NCBI GenBank assembly: GCA_951406725.2
Contig: OX597830.1
Coordinates: 21,142,001 to 21,206,000, forward strand
Direction: 5' to 3'
Length of the DNA: 64,000 nucleotides
DNA from: Octopus vulgaris
Taxonomy: Eukaryota
The notes under the pieces were generated by a model that saw only the letters and a program-made list of their open reading frames with translations, searched no databases and was not told the origin of the DNA. Positions 42,943 through 55,766 of the stretch are shown here, in pieces (position 1 is the stretch's first letter; every line of letters begins with the position of its first letter). A program made the position numbers and the translations under genes.

Positions 42943-45440
42943 ATTCTGTGAATAATACCGATGATGAATATCTCTTGAAATGTATGCACTGCAAGGAATC
43001 TTTCAGTCAAGAATCTCGGTTGCATTCTCACATTAAAGCAATGCATTCAGAGAAGTCTGTGAAATTCATGTGTTCGAAATGCGAAGAGACATTTACGCTG
43101 AAATCCCAGCTTGATAACCATATGGAACTGCATTTGGCCACTTCACAGACTTGTACTGTCTGTAAGAAAACATTTGCCAATGTCTACCGACTTCAGCGCC
43201 ACATGATCAGCCACAATGAGAGCACATCGCTACGGAAATTTAAGTGCGAGGAATGTGGCAAAGCGTTCAAATTCAAACATCATCTCAAGGAACACATTCG
43301 TATTCATTCTGGAGAGAAGCCTTTTGAATGTTCCAACTGCCGGAAACGGTTCAGCCACTCCGGTTCCTACAGCAGTCACATGACCTCCAAAAAATGCTGG
43401 GTCGTGAACATGAAGAGTCGTCGGATCGACCACAATGGTAACGCAGGTGACTCTGTTCCATATTCTCCGGCCTCTAAAAATGGACATAGCCAGTCGGCCA
43501 TCTCTTTGCAAAAATCCTCAGGCAGTCTTCCACGACAATTAATTACATATGATAACCCCAACTCTAGCCTTCCAAAATTCTTTCCTAATGCTTCTTCATA
43601 CATCTCATATCCCATGTACCCTCAGAAGGAGAACCTTTCCGACAGAATCGCGCCACTAACCAACCAGACTATTGCACATTCTAATTCCTCAAAAGTATCT
43701 TTTAATCAGAAGCCTTCTCTAACAAAAAATACAAAACTCTCACCTGACATGAACTCAAACACGCAGCCTTTATCGATGGTAGTCCTGAAGAAACCTGACA
43801 GTCCTGCCGTACCCTTGCAGTCACAAGTGACCTCTCCGCCTCTTGACGAACGAGTCATCAAAACTGAGCCATCAGACCAGTCGGAGGTCATCAAAGTTTT
43901 AAGTAGTGTCAATATTAAGAAGGAAAATTCTAAAGACGGTTTTCCAGTAACCGACGTCATGCAAGAGAAGCACTCCGATTCCCCTCCTCTTCCTCCATCC
44001 AACTTTGTAGATGCCAAAGATGTTGATCTCACATGCCGATTTTGTGCATCAGCCTTCCGCAGTCCTGTGGCACTGCACCAACATGAACGCTATCTATGCA
44101 AATCCAACAAAGATATCGTGCATAGAGTTACCAACTTGGAGGTAACGTCGTGCAACAGTCCGAGTAGTACAACTTCCTCGTCGGAAACGATTAAACGCGA
44201 GACACCAAACGGCAGTTTGGAGAACGGCACCGATGAGGAGGAAGCAGAGGAAATTTTCAAAGAGGAAAACCTCGATAAGAAGTTCCGTATGCGTTCCATG
44301 ATAAGCGACGACCAGCTGCAGGTTCTGAAGAAATATTACCAGCTCAACCCTCGACCTCGTAAACATGACCTGATAAAAATCGGCAATGAAATTGGTTTCT
44401 CGAAACGCGTGGTGCAGGTTTGGTTTCAGAACATGAGAGCACGAGATCGTAAGAAAGGTAAAAATGTCCCGTATTTCCCCGCTATGGCTCGTTTCAAACA
44501 ACAGGAGGATTCAGCAACCACGTCCTCCACATGGAAAGAGCCAGTAAAATCTACTAATTCGGCCTACATCCCTGTGGTTCCACATTTCAATAATTCTGTC
44601 CAAATTCCTTCTGGAATTCCACCATCATCATCGCCTTCATTTCCAGCTCATTCACATACAAAAGTAAACGGTCAGTTTAACGCTGCCACCGAAAACCGTG
44701 ATGCCTTGTTCAATAACCAGGACCAACCTTTAGATCTTAGTCTGAAAAGAGAACCCCCCAGAGCTCACAGTGGCCACAAACCAGTCAGTAGCAATGCCTA
44801 TAATTCCCATCCTCCTCCTGCTACTCCCAGTCAGAATTTTGATAACCAAGTTCTAAACCTAAGTTGCCGATCTCCTATCAGTGTCAAGCAAGAACATGTA
44901 GATGGCGCAAGCTCTGCTCAAAGTAGCTTCCAGGAATCTGCTCTGTATAAATATATGAAGCAAGAAGGAATGATTGTTAACAAGCCAGCCCTTAACCAAG
45001 ACGCGACCTCGTTAAGCAAGCTTTCCCATTCCAGTCCCATTCCAGCCGCGATGCAAGACTCTCTCACATCACCTTATCGCTCCAGTGGCAAATCCATTGC
45101 CAGTGGGGAGAACGAAAGCAAACCCAAAGTTCCAAAGTCTGAGTTGAAGCAGCCCGATGACTCGTCAATGTCAAGTGATGGTTCTATAGACAGCGTTAGT
45201 AATCGGTCTCTCGTCATTGACGAGAGTAAATTCCACAATGAGAAAAGCGACGGTGACTGTCTTTCTGATGATGATGATGAAGATGATGACGATTCCGACG
45301 AAGATGATTCTCCACCAAGACTGTCAAATGGTTTGTCCGATGGTAATCTCACTCCTTCCAAGATGAGAGAAGACAACCATCAGACAAATCCAGATGGCAC
45401 CAAAAAACCAAAACGATTACGCAAGAAGTCTTGGAAACAG
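42943..45440 (+). CDS. ZEB: ZEB main exon: N-terminal zinc finger cluster (4 C2H2 + 1 CCHC, 42981-43397), central CCHC finger (44034-44099), homeodomain (~44277-44459), CtBP motif PLDLS (44727-44741)
   Basis: Corresponds to ORF 42948..45494. Acceptor tcttttcttcag| at 42942 (phase 1), donor CAG|GTTAGT at 45441 (phase 0). Homeodomain helix 3 is KRVVQVWFQNMRARDRK. Confidence 0.97.
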
Positions 45441-46474
45441 GTTAGTGTTTCTTTGGCTATTATTATGATTGTTGTCTTATCTACTAATTTCTAATTAACT
45501 TATTAAATAAGATTTTACTTTGTCTTGTCTTCAAGTAGTATAGGTAGACTGATTGCACTTTGCACAATGGAAGTCATTTATTCTGATCACTTAATGTTAT
45601 CAGTCAGTTATTGTTATCTAGAAGACACCATCTTAAAGTGATCACAATAAGCTTTCTCTCACTTTCTCTATCTATCTCTCTCTCATTCCCTCTCTGTGTG
45701 TATGTATATATGTAAACCAACTCATAAGCTCCATTGGTATTCTTCAGAAAATAAAGGGATTCTTGAATGCAGGAAGGCTGAGAACACAGCTTAGAAAATC
45801 AGTTAAATACCCTTAAAAGATAGTATGGCCAGCAAGCCTCCCCTGGGTATTTTCTGGTCATTTTTTTTTTCTATCTTCTAAAGGGTGTTTACCCTATTTT
45901 CTAAGCTATCTTCACAGCCTTTCTGCATTCACAAATTTCTTTATTTATGTGGAATGTGTGTGTGTGTATCATTATCGTCATCATATAATGCCCGTTGTTC
46001 ATGCTGGCATGGGTTGGACGGTTTGACTGGGCTGGCACGTTTAAAGGCTGCACCAGGTTCCACTCTGATTTGGCTTGGTTTTCTAAATCAGACTGGGGCC
46101 TGGTGTAGCCTTCCAGCATGCCAGCCCAGTCAAACCTTCCAGCCCATGCCAGCATGGACAATGGATGTTAACTGATGATGAGGATGAGAATAAATATGTA
46201 TGTGTGTGTGTGTGTGTGTATATAAATACCCACACACACACTTGTATAGTGTTCACTGTCAGAAGAAAGAGTACTCAAAAACTGTAGGGATTTAATGATA
46301 TTTTCATTTTGGTCAAGTCAATCCCTTGCTACTCTGAGTTCCCCCTGTGGATACACAGGGCTTTCAGGCATCCTGAAGACCCAGTTTACTCACAGACAAA
46401 AAACTCAGTGTAACAAGAGACTGATGCAACGATGATGGTTATGGTGTATATATATTTGTATATATATATGTGTG

Positions 46475-46513
<39 letters not shown>

Positions 46514-46991
46514 ATTAAGGGTCACATTTAACCACTAGTTCTCAACTATCTTTTTTTTTACTTATGGACCCTCTTCTATTTTACTTGGGTGAACCCTCAT
46601 AACCATTTAGTGTTTTAAAAAGAAGTATAACCAATTATTGCACATGATTCTTACCAAGAAAATCTTTGCCCCCCCCCCCCCCCATCCCTGAGGGCCACGA
46701 TCCTGGTTGAGAACCACTGCTTTCAACAAATAAGCATTTGACCTTTTCACACCTGATTAGAATCTGAATCACACCCTAAAATATTCCAGATTTCCCCAAC
46801 CACCTGTTGCTTTTGTAGTTCTTTAGAAAGAGTTTGATTTGAAACCCTTGTGCTCCTTGTCACATCACCCTCAAATAGAAATACCATTATTGCCATTGTC
46901 CTTGGCTACCTTCTCCCCTCCCTTCCCCAGACTCTCTGAATTAAACAATTTGACCCATACATGCTTCATTGGAACTACCTGCTCAACCTTG

Positions 46992-47162
46992 GTATTGGTG
47001 CAAAGGTGTGGCTAAGGTAAAAATAAGTAAATAAAAATAAGATAAAAAGATTTCTTTGAAATCTTTTGATTTCTTTGAATTCTTTTGATTTCTTTGAAAT
47101 CTTTTTATTTTACTTTTATTTATATTTTTTTTTTTACCTTAGCCACACCTTTGCACCAATAC
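46992..47162. mobile_element. Foldback MITE (possibly Tc1/mariner type) with a 32-bp perfect outer inverted repeat
   Basis: gtattggtgcaaaggtgtggctaaggtaaaaa and its exact reverse complement; internal 19-bp tandem gatttctttgaaatctttt x3. Confidence 0.8.
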
Positions 47163-48076
47163 AAACCAAAACCATTTTTAAAAAAGAAAAAAAAAACCAT
47201 TAACCCTACCACCACCGCCACCACATACACTTCCCTGACTGCTATTCCTTCACCTCACCTCTTCCCTACAACTTGACCATAGCACCCTTCTGTTTCTCAG
47301 AACATATATAAAAAGGAAGAACCCCCCCCTCCCCACTGCCTCATCCAAAAAAGAAGAAACTTACTTCCCAAAGACAGGGACGGGGTGGGGTGAAATTCTT
47401 TCCTGCTTTTTGTTTCTTTCTCTCTGTTTTTTTATTTATTTATTTTTATTCCCATCTCCTTCACTGGTATTTTGACAACTTTATCTGATGAAGAATAAAG
47501 CTTAAAGTGTGTGTGTGTGTGTGTAGGAGAAAAAAATATTCTATCCAAATTCTTCTTCTGTATCATGTAGAATTGCCAAAATATTTTTGGAGGGGAAGAT
47601 AAATCACACACTTTGTCAATGTTTTTTTTTTTTTATTTTTAGTTTTACTTTTATTTTCATAAACTGTCTTTCCAAAGAGTAAACAAGGTTTACTTCAAAA
47701 ATCCACTTCCTCCCTACTCGCCCAGCATCACCATCATCATCATCATCATCATTGATGACAGAACCACATTCTAAACCTTGTCCGCCTCTCTCTCTCTCTC
47801 ATACAAGCACACACACACACACACAAAAGGAATGTGAAAAGACAAACACAGATATGGCTGTATGATTTAAGAATTTCGGTTCCTGGCCTCATGATATATA
47901 ATTCCAAATTTGATTCCACTGCAGTTTCTACCTGCCAAATCTACTCACAAGAGTGAGTTCACATCAGGGGTTACAGTAGAAGACACTTGCCCAAGATTAC
48001 TGCACGGTGGAATTGAACTTGAAACCAGTTGGTTTCTTGCTGCTCTGGGAATTTCACTTGTGTACTCTGACGATCA

Positions 48077-48342
48077 TAACTTCTTAACTTACCCTGCTGA
48101 CCTCCTGTGGGTTCACAGGGACGGTGAAACTCCCTGAGTAGCGAGAGACTGACTCAATCAAAGTTAACTTCTTAACTTGCCCTGCTGACCCCCTGTGGGT
48201 ACACAGGGACGGTGAAACTCCCTGAGTAGCGAGAGACTGACTCAATCAAAGTTAACTTCTTAACTTGCCCTGTGACCTCCTGTGGGTTCACAGGGACGGT
48301 GAAACTCCCTGAGTAGCGAGAGACTGACTCAATCAAAGTTAA
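48077..48342. repeat. 88-bp GC-balanced tandem repeat, 3 nearly identical copies
   Basis: Units start at 48077, 48165 and 48253. Confidence 0.92.
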
Positions 48343-48560
48343 AATATTTTTAATCTCTACTAGGACATTGAGCACTCTTTCATGTGTGTGTGTGTGTGTG
48401 GAAGCCAGCTGCTGGTGCAAGAAGCTAATGACAAGCTTTGTTGGCATTTTGCATTGGCAGCAGTCAGCCATGGTCATCCTTGGTCATGAGTGGACAGCCA
48501 TCATATCATCAAATATGTATATATATGTGTGTGTGTGTGTATTTGTATATATGTGTTTAA

Positions 48561-48779
48561 CCCTTTAGTATTTAAACCGGCCATATCCGGCCAAAATATT
48601 TAATCTGTTTTATGTTCAAACTGACCAGATCCAGGCTCTCACACCTACCCTACAATGTTATTCTACATTAAATAATTGCACCATCAAGATCTTGAAGATA
48701 TGAGATAATGCATGATTAATTCAAATCAATGGGAATCAAAAGGCATTATGTTTGATAGAATAATCTGAACACTAAAGGG
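48561..48779 (+). mobile_element. piggyBac-like MITE, family P1
   Basis: TTAA|CCCTTTAGT...ACTAAAGGG|TTAA; nearly identical to 56108-56326. Confidence 0.9.
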
Positions 48780-50534
48780 TTAAATGTATATATGTATGTA
48801 TATGTGCATATATATGTATATATTTGTGTGTGTGTGTATATATATATGCATGAATGTATGTATATACATATATATGTGTGTGTGTATGTACATATACATA
48901 TATTTGTGTGTGTATATATATATATATATATGCATGAATGTATGTATGTATATACATATATATGTGTGTGTGTATGTACATATACATATATTTGTGTGTG
49001 TGTATATATATATATATATATGTATGTGCATGCATATTATATATAAGTGTGTGTGTGTATATAGATGCATGCATATTATATATAAGTGTGTGTGTGTATA
49101 TAGATATATGCATCTATGTATATATGTGTGTGTGTATGTGTATATACTTTCGTGTGTGTGCATATCAGCCCTAAATTCTTTCTCCTATTTCTTTCGTGTG
49201 TGTCAGATTTCTAAACCAACTGCTTTAATTAACAGCATGTAATTAAAAAAAAGGAATAATATGAGATGGCAATGCAAAGAAGAAGAAAAAAATAAAAATA
49301 ATTAAATAAATAAATAAATAAACTAATCTCGTAGGGTCTGCCTCTGCTTCCCCCTCAACCCCCCACCCCACCCCTACGCACATGCCCATATATTCTTGGT
49401 AGGGATTTGGGGTTAGGAATTAAGGGAGTAACATGATGTCATGTCTGAAATTTGTTAGCTTAGTTAAACCCCGGAATATCAAATGATTGAAATTTGTTGA
49501 TCCATGTCCAAGTAGTCTGGATCATTATTATTATTATTATTATTATTATTAAGGCAGTGAGCTGAATTGTTAAGCATGTCACTCAAAGTGCTTAGCAGTA
49601 TTTCCCCTGTCTCTTTACATTCTGAGTTCAAATTTCATCAAAGTCGATTAAAGTAAGCACCAGTTGAACACCGTGGTTGATGTAATTGTCTTATCCCTTC
49701 CTCTTAAAAAAAAATAAAAAATTGCCGGCCTTGTGTTAAAATCTGAAAACATCATCATTATTATTATTATTATGAGAGTGAGCTGGGAGTATCAATAGCA
49801 CACCAGACATAAATGCTCGGGGGCATTACGTTCTGAGTTCAAATTCTGCCGGGGTCAACTTTGTCTTTCATCATCATCATTTAACATCCGCCTTCCATGC
49901 TGGCATGGGTTGGATGGTTTGACAAGAGCTGGCCGGGCAGAAGCCTGCACCAGACTTCTGTAAGTGTTTTGGCAGGATTTTTACAGCTGGGTGCCCTTCC
50001 TAAGACATACCAGCTGAGCACTGGAGTTGATGTAATCAACCAGTCCCCTCATCCGAAATTTCAGGACTTGTGCCTATTGTAGAAAGGACTATCATTGTTG
50101 TTATTATTATTATTATTATCGTTATTGAGTGAGATAGCAGTGCATGCCATCAAAGTGACACTGGGGTAAAATATACAAAGCCCAGTATACCCATCATGAC
50201 TACCCATCTGATAAGGGTGCACTAGCCCCATGCATCACAACCATTTGTGCGTGACATGGGGATCTCATATCAAGATAAACAGTGCATGACCTTGCAGGTG
50301 GGGCCCAATTAGAATTTTCTTCAGGTCGAGTAGCCCACCCTGCTCAAAAGGTCCCTGGAATAAGGGTTGAACGAAACACCCTTGTTAAGGGAAACTGCTT
50401 TTAAAAGTGTGTGGCACATATACGCATGGCTACTGACACAAGCATGGATGTGTGAGAGACAATAGTTACTTCTTCCTAAAATCACATTCTGATGTCTTAG
50501 CATTGGAAGGACATATTGTTTGATGTAATCTTAA

Positions 50535-50755
50535 CTCTTTCGTTACCAACCCGGCTGAAACCGGCTCTGACTCTGTAGTACAAATGTCTTGTTTTCATAA
50601 GTTTTGAATTAAAATCTTCCACCAAACCTTAGTCACAATTTATGTTCCTAACACTAGTTTAATGATAACTAAGTTATTTTACTAAATTGTTAGTTATATT
50701 TAAAATAATTGAAAGAAACACAGAGCATCCCAAAATAAATACGGTAATGAAAGGG
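50535..50755 (+). mobile_element. piggyBac-like MITE, family P2
   Basis: TTAA flanks; ends ctctttcgttacc / ggtaatgaaaggg. Confidence 0.88.
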
Positions 50756-51334
50756 TTAAATAAACTATGTCTGAATAAAAGACAGGGTGGTCACAATTTG
50801 GACTCTTTTGATCATGAAAGTATTCTCAAATATGAAAGAAATTTCCTACTCTGCATTTACCCTCTGTGTGTGTGTATGTCTCTCTTCCCTCTTTCTCTCT
50901 CTCTCTCTCTCTTTCTCTCTGCAAAGGGACAGTACTTTGTCCCTTTTTCCTTTCAAACTAATAAAGAGCATGTACACATACAATAGCAATCAGTTAGAGA
51001 TACGCAAACTTGACTTCAATAGAAATGAGAATATGTGCATCTTTCAGTTTAGATATTGGGTTGTCAAATAAATTCATTTGTTTCTATCCAATGTTATTGG
51101 AATTCTTCAAGTCAAGACCCTGTGGTTTCTGCCATCAAATCATTTGACAAGCTAGTGGAACTTTGGCAGGAATTCACACAAACAACAAAGAATAAATTCT
51201 CAAAATTATTTCTTAAAATTGTTAATAAAAAAAAAAAACAAGGATTAAGATAAAAAAATAAAGAGATTAATGACTTTATCTGATAACCCAACAATAGTTG
51301 CGACTCCTCTTCTTGTTGTAGTGATGATCCAGTA

Positions 51335-51956
51335 CAGTGGTTCTCAACCATTTTTAATATTCGGGGCCCAAGATCCAAAACCTGGATTTTTTTCAGGGGG
51401 CAGTACTAAAATATAAGTACAAAATAAAGACGCATGTCAATTACAGAAAGATTTATTATGTTTAAAAATTTCTTTATTGCCCACAGGGGGCTAAACATAG
51501 AGGGGGGAAAACAGGGGAATAAGTCGATTACATCGACCCCGGTGCGTAACTGGTACTTATTTCATCGACCCTGAAAGAACAAAAGGCAAAGATGACCTCG
51601 GCGGAATTTGAACTCAGAACGTAAAGACAGACAAAATACCTATTTCTTTATTACCCACAAGGGGCTAAACACAGAGGGGACAAACAAGGACAGACATAGG
51701 TTTTAAGTCGATTACATCGACCCCAGTGCGTAACTGGTACTTAATTTATCGACCCCGAAAGGATGAAAGGCAAAGTCGACCTCGGCGGAATTTGAACTCA
51801 GAACGTAAAGACAGATGAAATATGGCTACGCATTTCGCCCGGTGTGCTAACAGTTCTGCCAGCTAACTGCCTTTTATTATATTTAAAGAGGGGGTGGCGT
51901 TTGGAGGCAACTCAAGGGCCACTTGTGGCCCTTAGGGCTACGGTTGAGAACCACTG
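51335..51956. mobile_element. hAT-like MITE interrupted by two tandem family B SINEs (~51469-51870, minus strand)
   Basis: Perfect 15-bp inverted ends cagtggttctcaacc / ggttgagaaccactg; SINE B sequence inside. Confidence 0.8.
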
Positions 51957-52422
51957 TTCTATCTGCTTTTACTCCTTCAGTAATGTTTCCTTGTATTTAC
52001 TCCTTTTGCTAATGTTTTGTCTGTTTTCTTGTTGTAGTTGTTGTTTTTTTTTATGATTCTTCCACTCCACCCCTTTCCCCTTTTTGTTGTTGTGCTAACA
52101 TTTATATTCTTTGTCTTTAATACTAACATCTTTTTCTCTTATACTCTCCTTTATTGCTTTGTTTTTTTTTTAAGTACTCCTTATATTCCTTTCATGAATG
52201 TAGAGACAGAAAGAGTATTAACAAAAACTGATGATCGTTTTCTACCATTCTATCATTTTTGGTATTCTTTTCTTAAAATTCTATAATGTGTACTAATACT
52301 AGACCAATTCCATGCATTTTATGATCAGTGGCTCATATTTAACTAAGGTGTAAAATCATTCAAATTTCTTCCCATCATGCACCACCTTCAACAAGCAAAA
52401 ATCAACTTCCCCTTTTTCCCAA

Positions 52423-52826
52423 TCTTTATATATAAAGCTGAAGTTGCCTGTGTGTGGATGTGGCAGGTTTGGTAGCCTTCAACTAACACTATCTCCTCCG
52501 AGAACCTGCGGTGCAAGTTGACCAAAATTGAGAGTATGATATAAGAAGGCTTGCTCTTCATTCTGTAGAAGAAAAAATTCAAATCGGACCATGTTAACAC
52601 CAAAAATTATTTACATCAAAAAGGTGCTTTTGTACTAAGAAAATCCCTATGTTTTAAACGATTTTTTGACTGCTGTGTCGCCATTTTTCAGTGTATTTCA
52701 ACCAGGAAAATGTTCACTTAAAGAGAATAACAAGCTACATAACGCAAAATTTTTACTTTTCGAAAATTCCAATTTTAAAGGGGCGAAAAGAAAATAAACC
52801 CAAGCAACGCCGGGCTATACTGCTAG
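52423..52826 (+). mobile_element. Non-autonomous Helitron
   Basis: A|TCTTTATATATAAA start, subterminal cccaagcaacgccggg, CTAG|T end. Confidence 0.8.
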
Positions 52827-53924
52827 TATATTATAATACACCATCATTGTCATCATCATCATCATTTAATGTCCATTTTCCATGCTGGCACAGGTTGGAC
52901 AGAGTGACAGGAGATGACTAGCTGAAGGGCTATTCTGGTTTCCTGACTGTTTTGGCATGGTCTACTCCTAACGCCACACTGGATACTCTTCCTAGTGCCA
53001 CATATATATGCCCTGTAAAAGAACTTGGGAGGTTGGGTCTCCAACCAAGCCTTTTATGACACCCTTTAAGCCAGAAACTTTTTTTTCAGCATCCCCTCTA
53101 TACACACACACACACACACATATATATATATTATCATCATCATCGTTTAACGTCAGTTTTCTATGCTAGCATGGGTTGGACGGTTCGACTGGGGTTTGGG
53201 AAGCCAGGAGGCTGCACCAGATTCCAGTCTGATCTGGCAGTGTCTCTACAGCTGGATGCCCTCCCTAACACCAACCACTCCGGGAATGTAGTGGGTGCTT
53301 TTTACATGCCACCAGCACAGGGGCCAGAGGTTGCTGAAAAGTTCCTGGCTTTAAGGGTGTCACGAAAGTTCTTCTACAGGGCTTTGAAAAACTGAAAGAC
53401 CACTGCAATAAATGAATGAATCTCAGAGGGGAATATGTTAAATAAAATAATAATTAACAGATCCTCCCCTGTATTTTTCATTTACCTAAAACCAGGAACT
53501 TTTTAGCATTCCCTCCACTTCATGTCAAGAATTTTATAAACTTTCGGAAGAATGTGAAATAATTTTGATTTTTAGAGCATCCACTCTCATGGCACATCCT
53601 ATAAAGCTATAAGTAATAGCATGTAAATACTGGGTTGAAAAAAAGCCTTCTGCATAGAAAATGTCAAAAGCTCCTATTTATAGCTGTATGTGCTTTGATC
53701 CACAGTTCCTAAAAAAGAATTTTATATATGTATGTGTGTGTTATTTAAAAAAAATTTTTATCTGAAGAATTATAGATGAGGAATTCTATACATTTTTTTC
53801 TACACATATACTTTTGTAGCCCATTTCCAGTAATGAAACCTGTGTATTGTGGAATTAAAGAGTTTCTTAATCCTTATGATGTAAACTACTTTCACACTCA
53901 CACACACACACACACGTACATATA

Positions 53925-54590
53925 AGCTTTGTGAGTGGACTTAGTAGAGGGAAACTGAAAGAAGCACATGTATAAATATGTGTGTGTTTGTCTCCCACCA
54001 CTGCTTGACAACTGGTGTTGGTTTGTTTATATTCCTGTAGCTTAGCAGTTCAACAGAAGGACCCAATGCAATAATTACCAGGCTTAAAAAACAAGTACTA
54101 AAGTAGATTTACTCAACTAAAACCCCTTTAAGGCGGTGCTCCAGCATGGCCACAGTCTAATGACTGAAACAAGTAGAAGACGAAAGATAATATATGTGCA
54201 GGCATGGCTGTGTGGTAAGTAGCTTGCTTACCAACCACATGATTCTGGATTCAGTCCCACTGCATGGCATCTTGAGCAAGTGTCTTCTACTATAGCCTCG
54301 GGCCGACCAAAGCCTTGTGAGTGGATTTGGTAGACGGAAACTGAAAGAAGCCCATCACATATGTATAGATATATATATGTGTGTGTGTGTGTGTTTCCGC
54401 CATCGCTTGACCATCAAAGCTGGTTTGTTTACATCTCTGTAACTTAGCGGTTCAGCAAAAAGAAACTGATAGAATAAGTACTAGGCTTTAAAAAAATAAG
54501 TCCTGTGGTCAATTTATTCAATGAAAACCCTTTAAGTCGGTGCTCCAGCATGGCCACAGTCGAATGACTGAAACAAGTTAAAGAAAAAAA
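53925..54590 (+). mobile_element. Two tandem family A SINEs (53925-54190 5'-truncated; 54199-54590 full length)
   Basis: Family core and tail present twice. Confidence 0.85.
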
Positions 54591-54959
54591 GAATATGTAT
54601 TCACACACGCACACAAACACACATACACGCATACTCCTGTACCCTTTTCTTCAATTACTATAGTAAAACTGATCATAGCCTTTATTATATACTCTTTTAT
54701 CTCGTAGTTAACCATCTTTCCATTTTATTTTCTATACTTCTTACTGCCTGCTTGTTTTGCAATTTTATATATTTGTTATTAGTCTTTATTTAGTATATTT
54801 TTATATTTTATTTGTTATATATTCGTTTAAATTGCTTTAACACTGTGTTTTTGCCCGCCCGCCTACCCTCCCAGTCCCTTGCTTTGCCGACTAACCAACA
54901 ATATATTAAAAAAGCTATTTCTAACTTTTTAAAAGAGTCTACCCTGTATTGCATGGCAG

Positions 54960-55152
54960 ATGGCATCGGAAGAAATCCAGCTCGACCTCGAAGAGACAAA
55001 TACGGTCGATGAAGATCACCCACATAGGAAAAAACGCCGATCTTGGAAGAATCATCGAGTCGACGTAGAGGAAGGCTTATATGCTTGCGATCAATGTGAT
55101 AAAATGTTTAGCAAGCAGAGTTCACTTGCTAGGCATAAATACGAACATTCAG
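54960..55152 (+). CDS. ZEB: ZEB coding exon with the first finger of the C-terminal zinc finger cluster
   Basis: Acceptor gcatggcag| (phase 0); MASEEIQLD...[26 protein letters not shown]; donor G|GTAAAA at 55153 (phase 1). Confidence 0.95.
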
Positions 55153-55766
55153 GTAAAAACTAGCATTTGATGACCTCTGTGAGGGGGGTGTGGAAATGTA
55201 CATATGCAGTGTTTGGTGAATGTCTTGGATAGGTTGTATGAGAAGGAGGTGAGGTTTTGTGGTGGCGGTGGTGGTGGTAGTAAAAAGTAATAGATAATTC
55301 AGGGAAGAGGAAAAAGGATGAGATGATAAATGATTGGTTAGATCCCTTCCGAGTCATACAGACACAGAGGGCCGGTTATTTGAAAGAAAATGTTTACCAT
55401 TTCTGGTTGGAATTGGTGAATAAATTGGGAGTGTAGTTCTTGTTTCTTTGATATCCATACATTTAGTTGTGTTTTGGGAGGATCGTTTGGCCAATAATAA
55501 TACATGAACAGGTTCGATTCCACTTCTTTATTATTATTAGTCAAATGGTTAAGCATCTAACCAAGTAATCAATGATTTTTTGGTTTAAATTAGCGACTCT
55601 CAACCAGAGTGCATATTAGATTTTTGGGGGTCCATGGATGCAATATAGTAAATTGGGGGGTCCACAGAAATTTTTCAGAGGGCATGAAAAAAATTATGCT
55701 CCAGACCAGTAAAGTTTGTGCCATAAATTGGTTATGCGTCCACAAGACACAAAATATCTTAACATA

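Noticed and set aside
43230-45376. Antisense ORFs over the main exon (also 7678-8238 and 27160-27556)
   Set aside because: Shadows of the sense coding frame with no independent signal.
42948-45494. 848-aa ORF as a standalone intronless gene
   Set aside because: The GTG start lies just after a strong acceptor, and the tail VSVSLAII... is intron sequence after the donor at 45441; the C-terminal fingers are in later exons.
48077-48342. CRISPR-like array (also 12101-12348)
   Set aside because: Head-to-tail units with no unique spacers, eukaryotic context, no cas genes.
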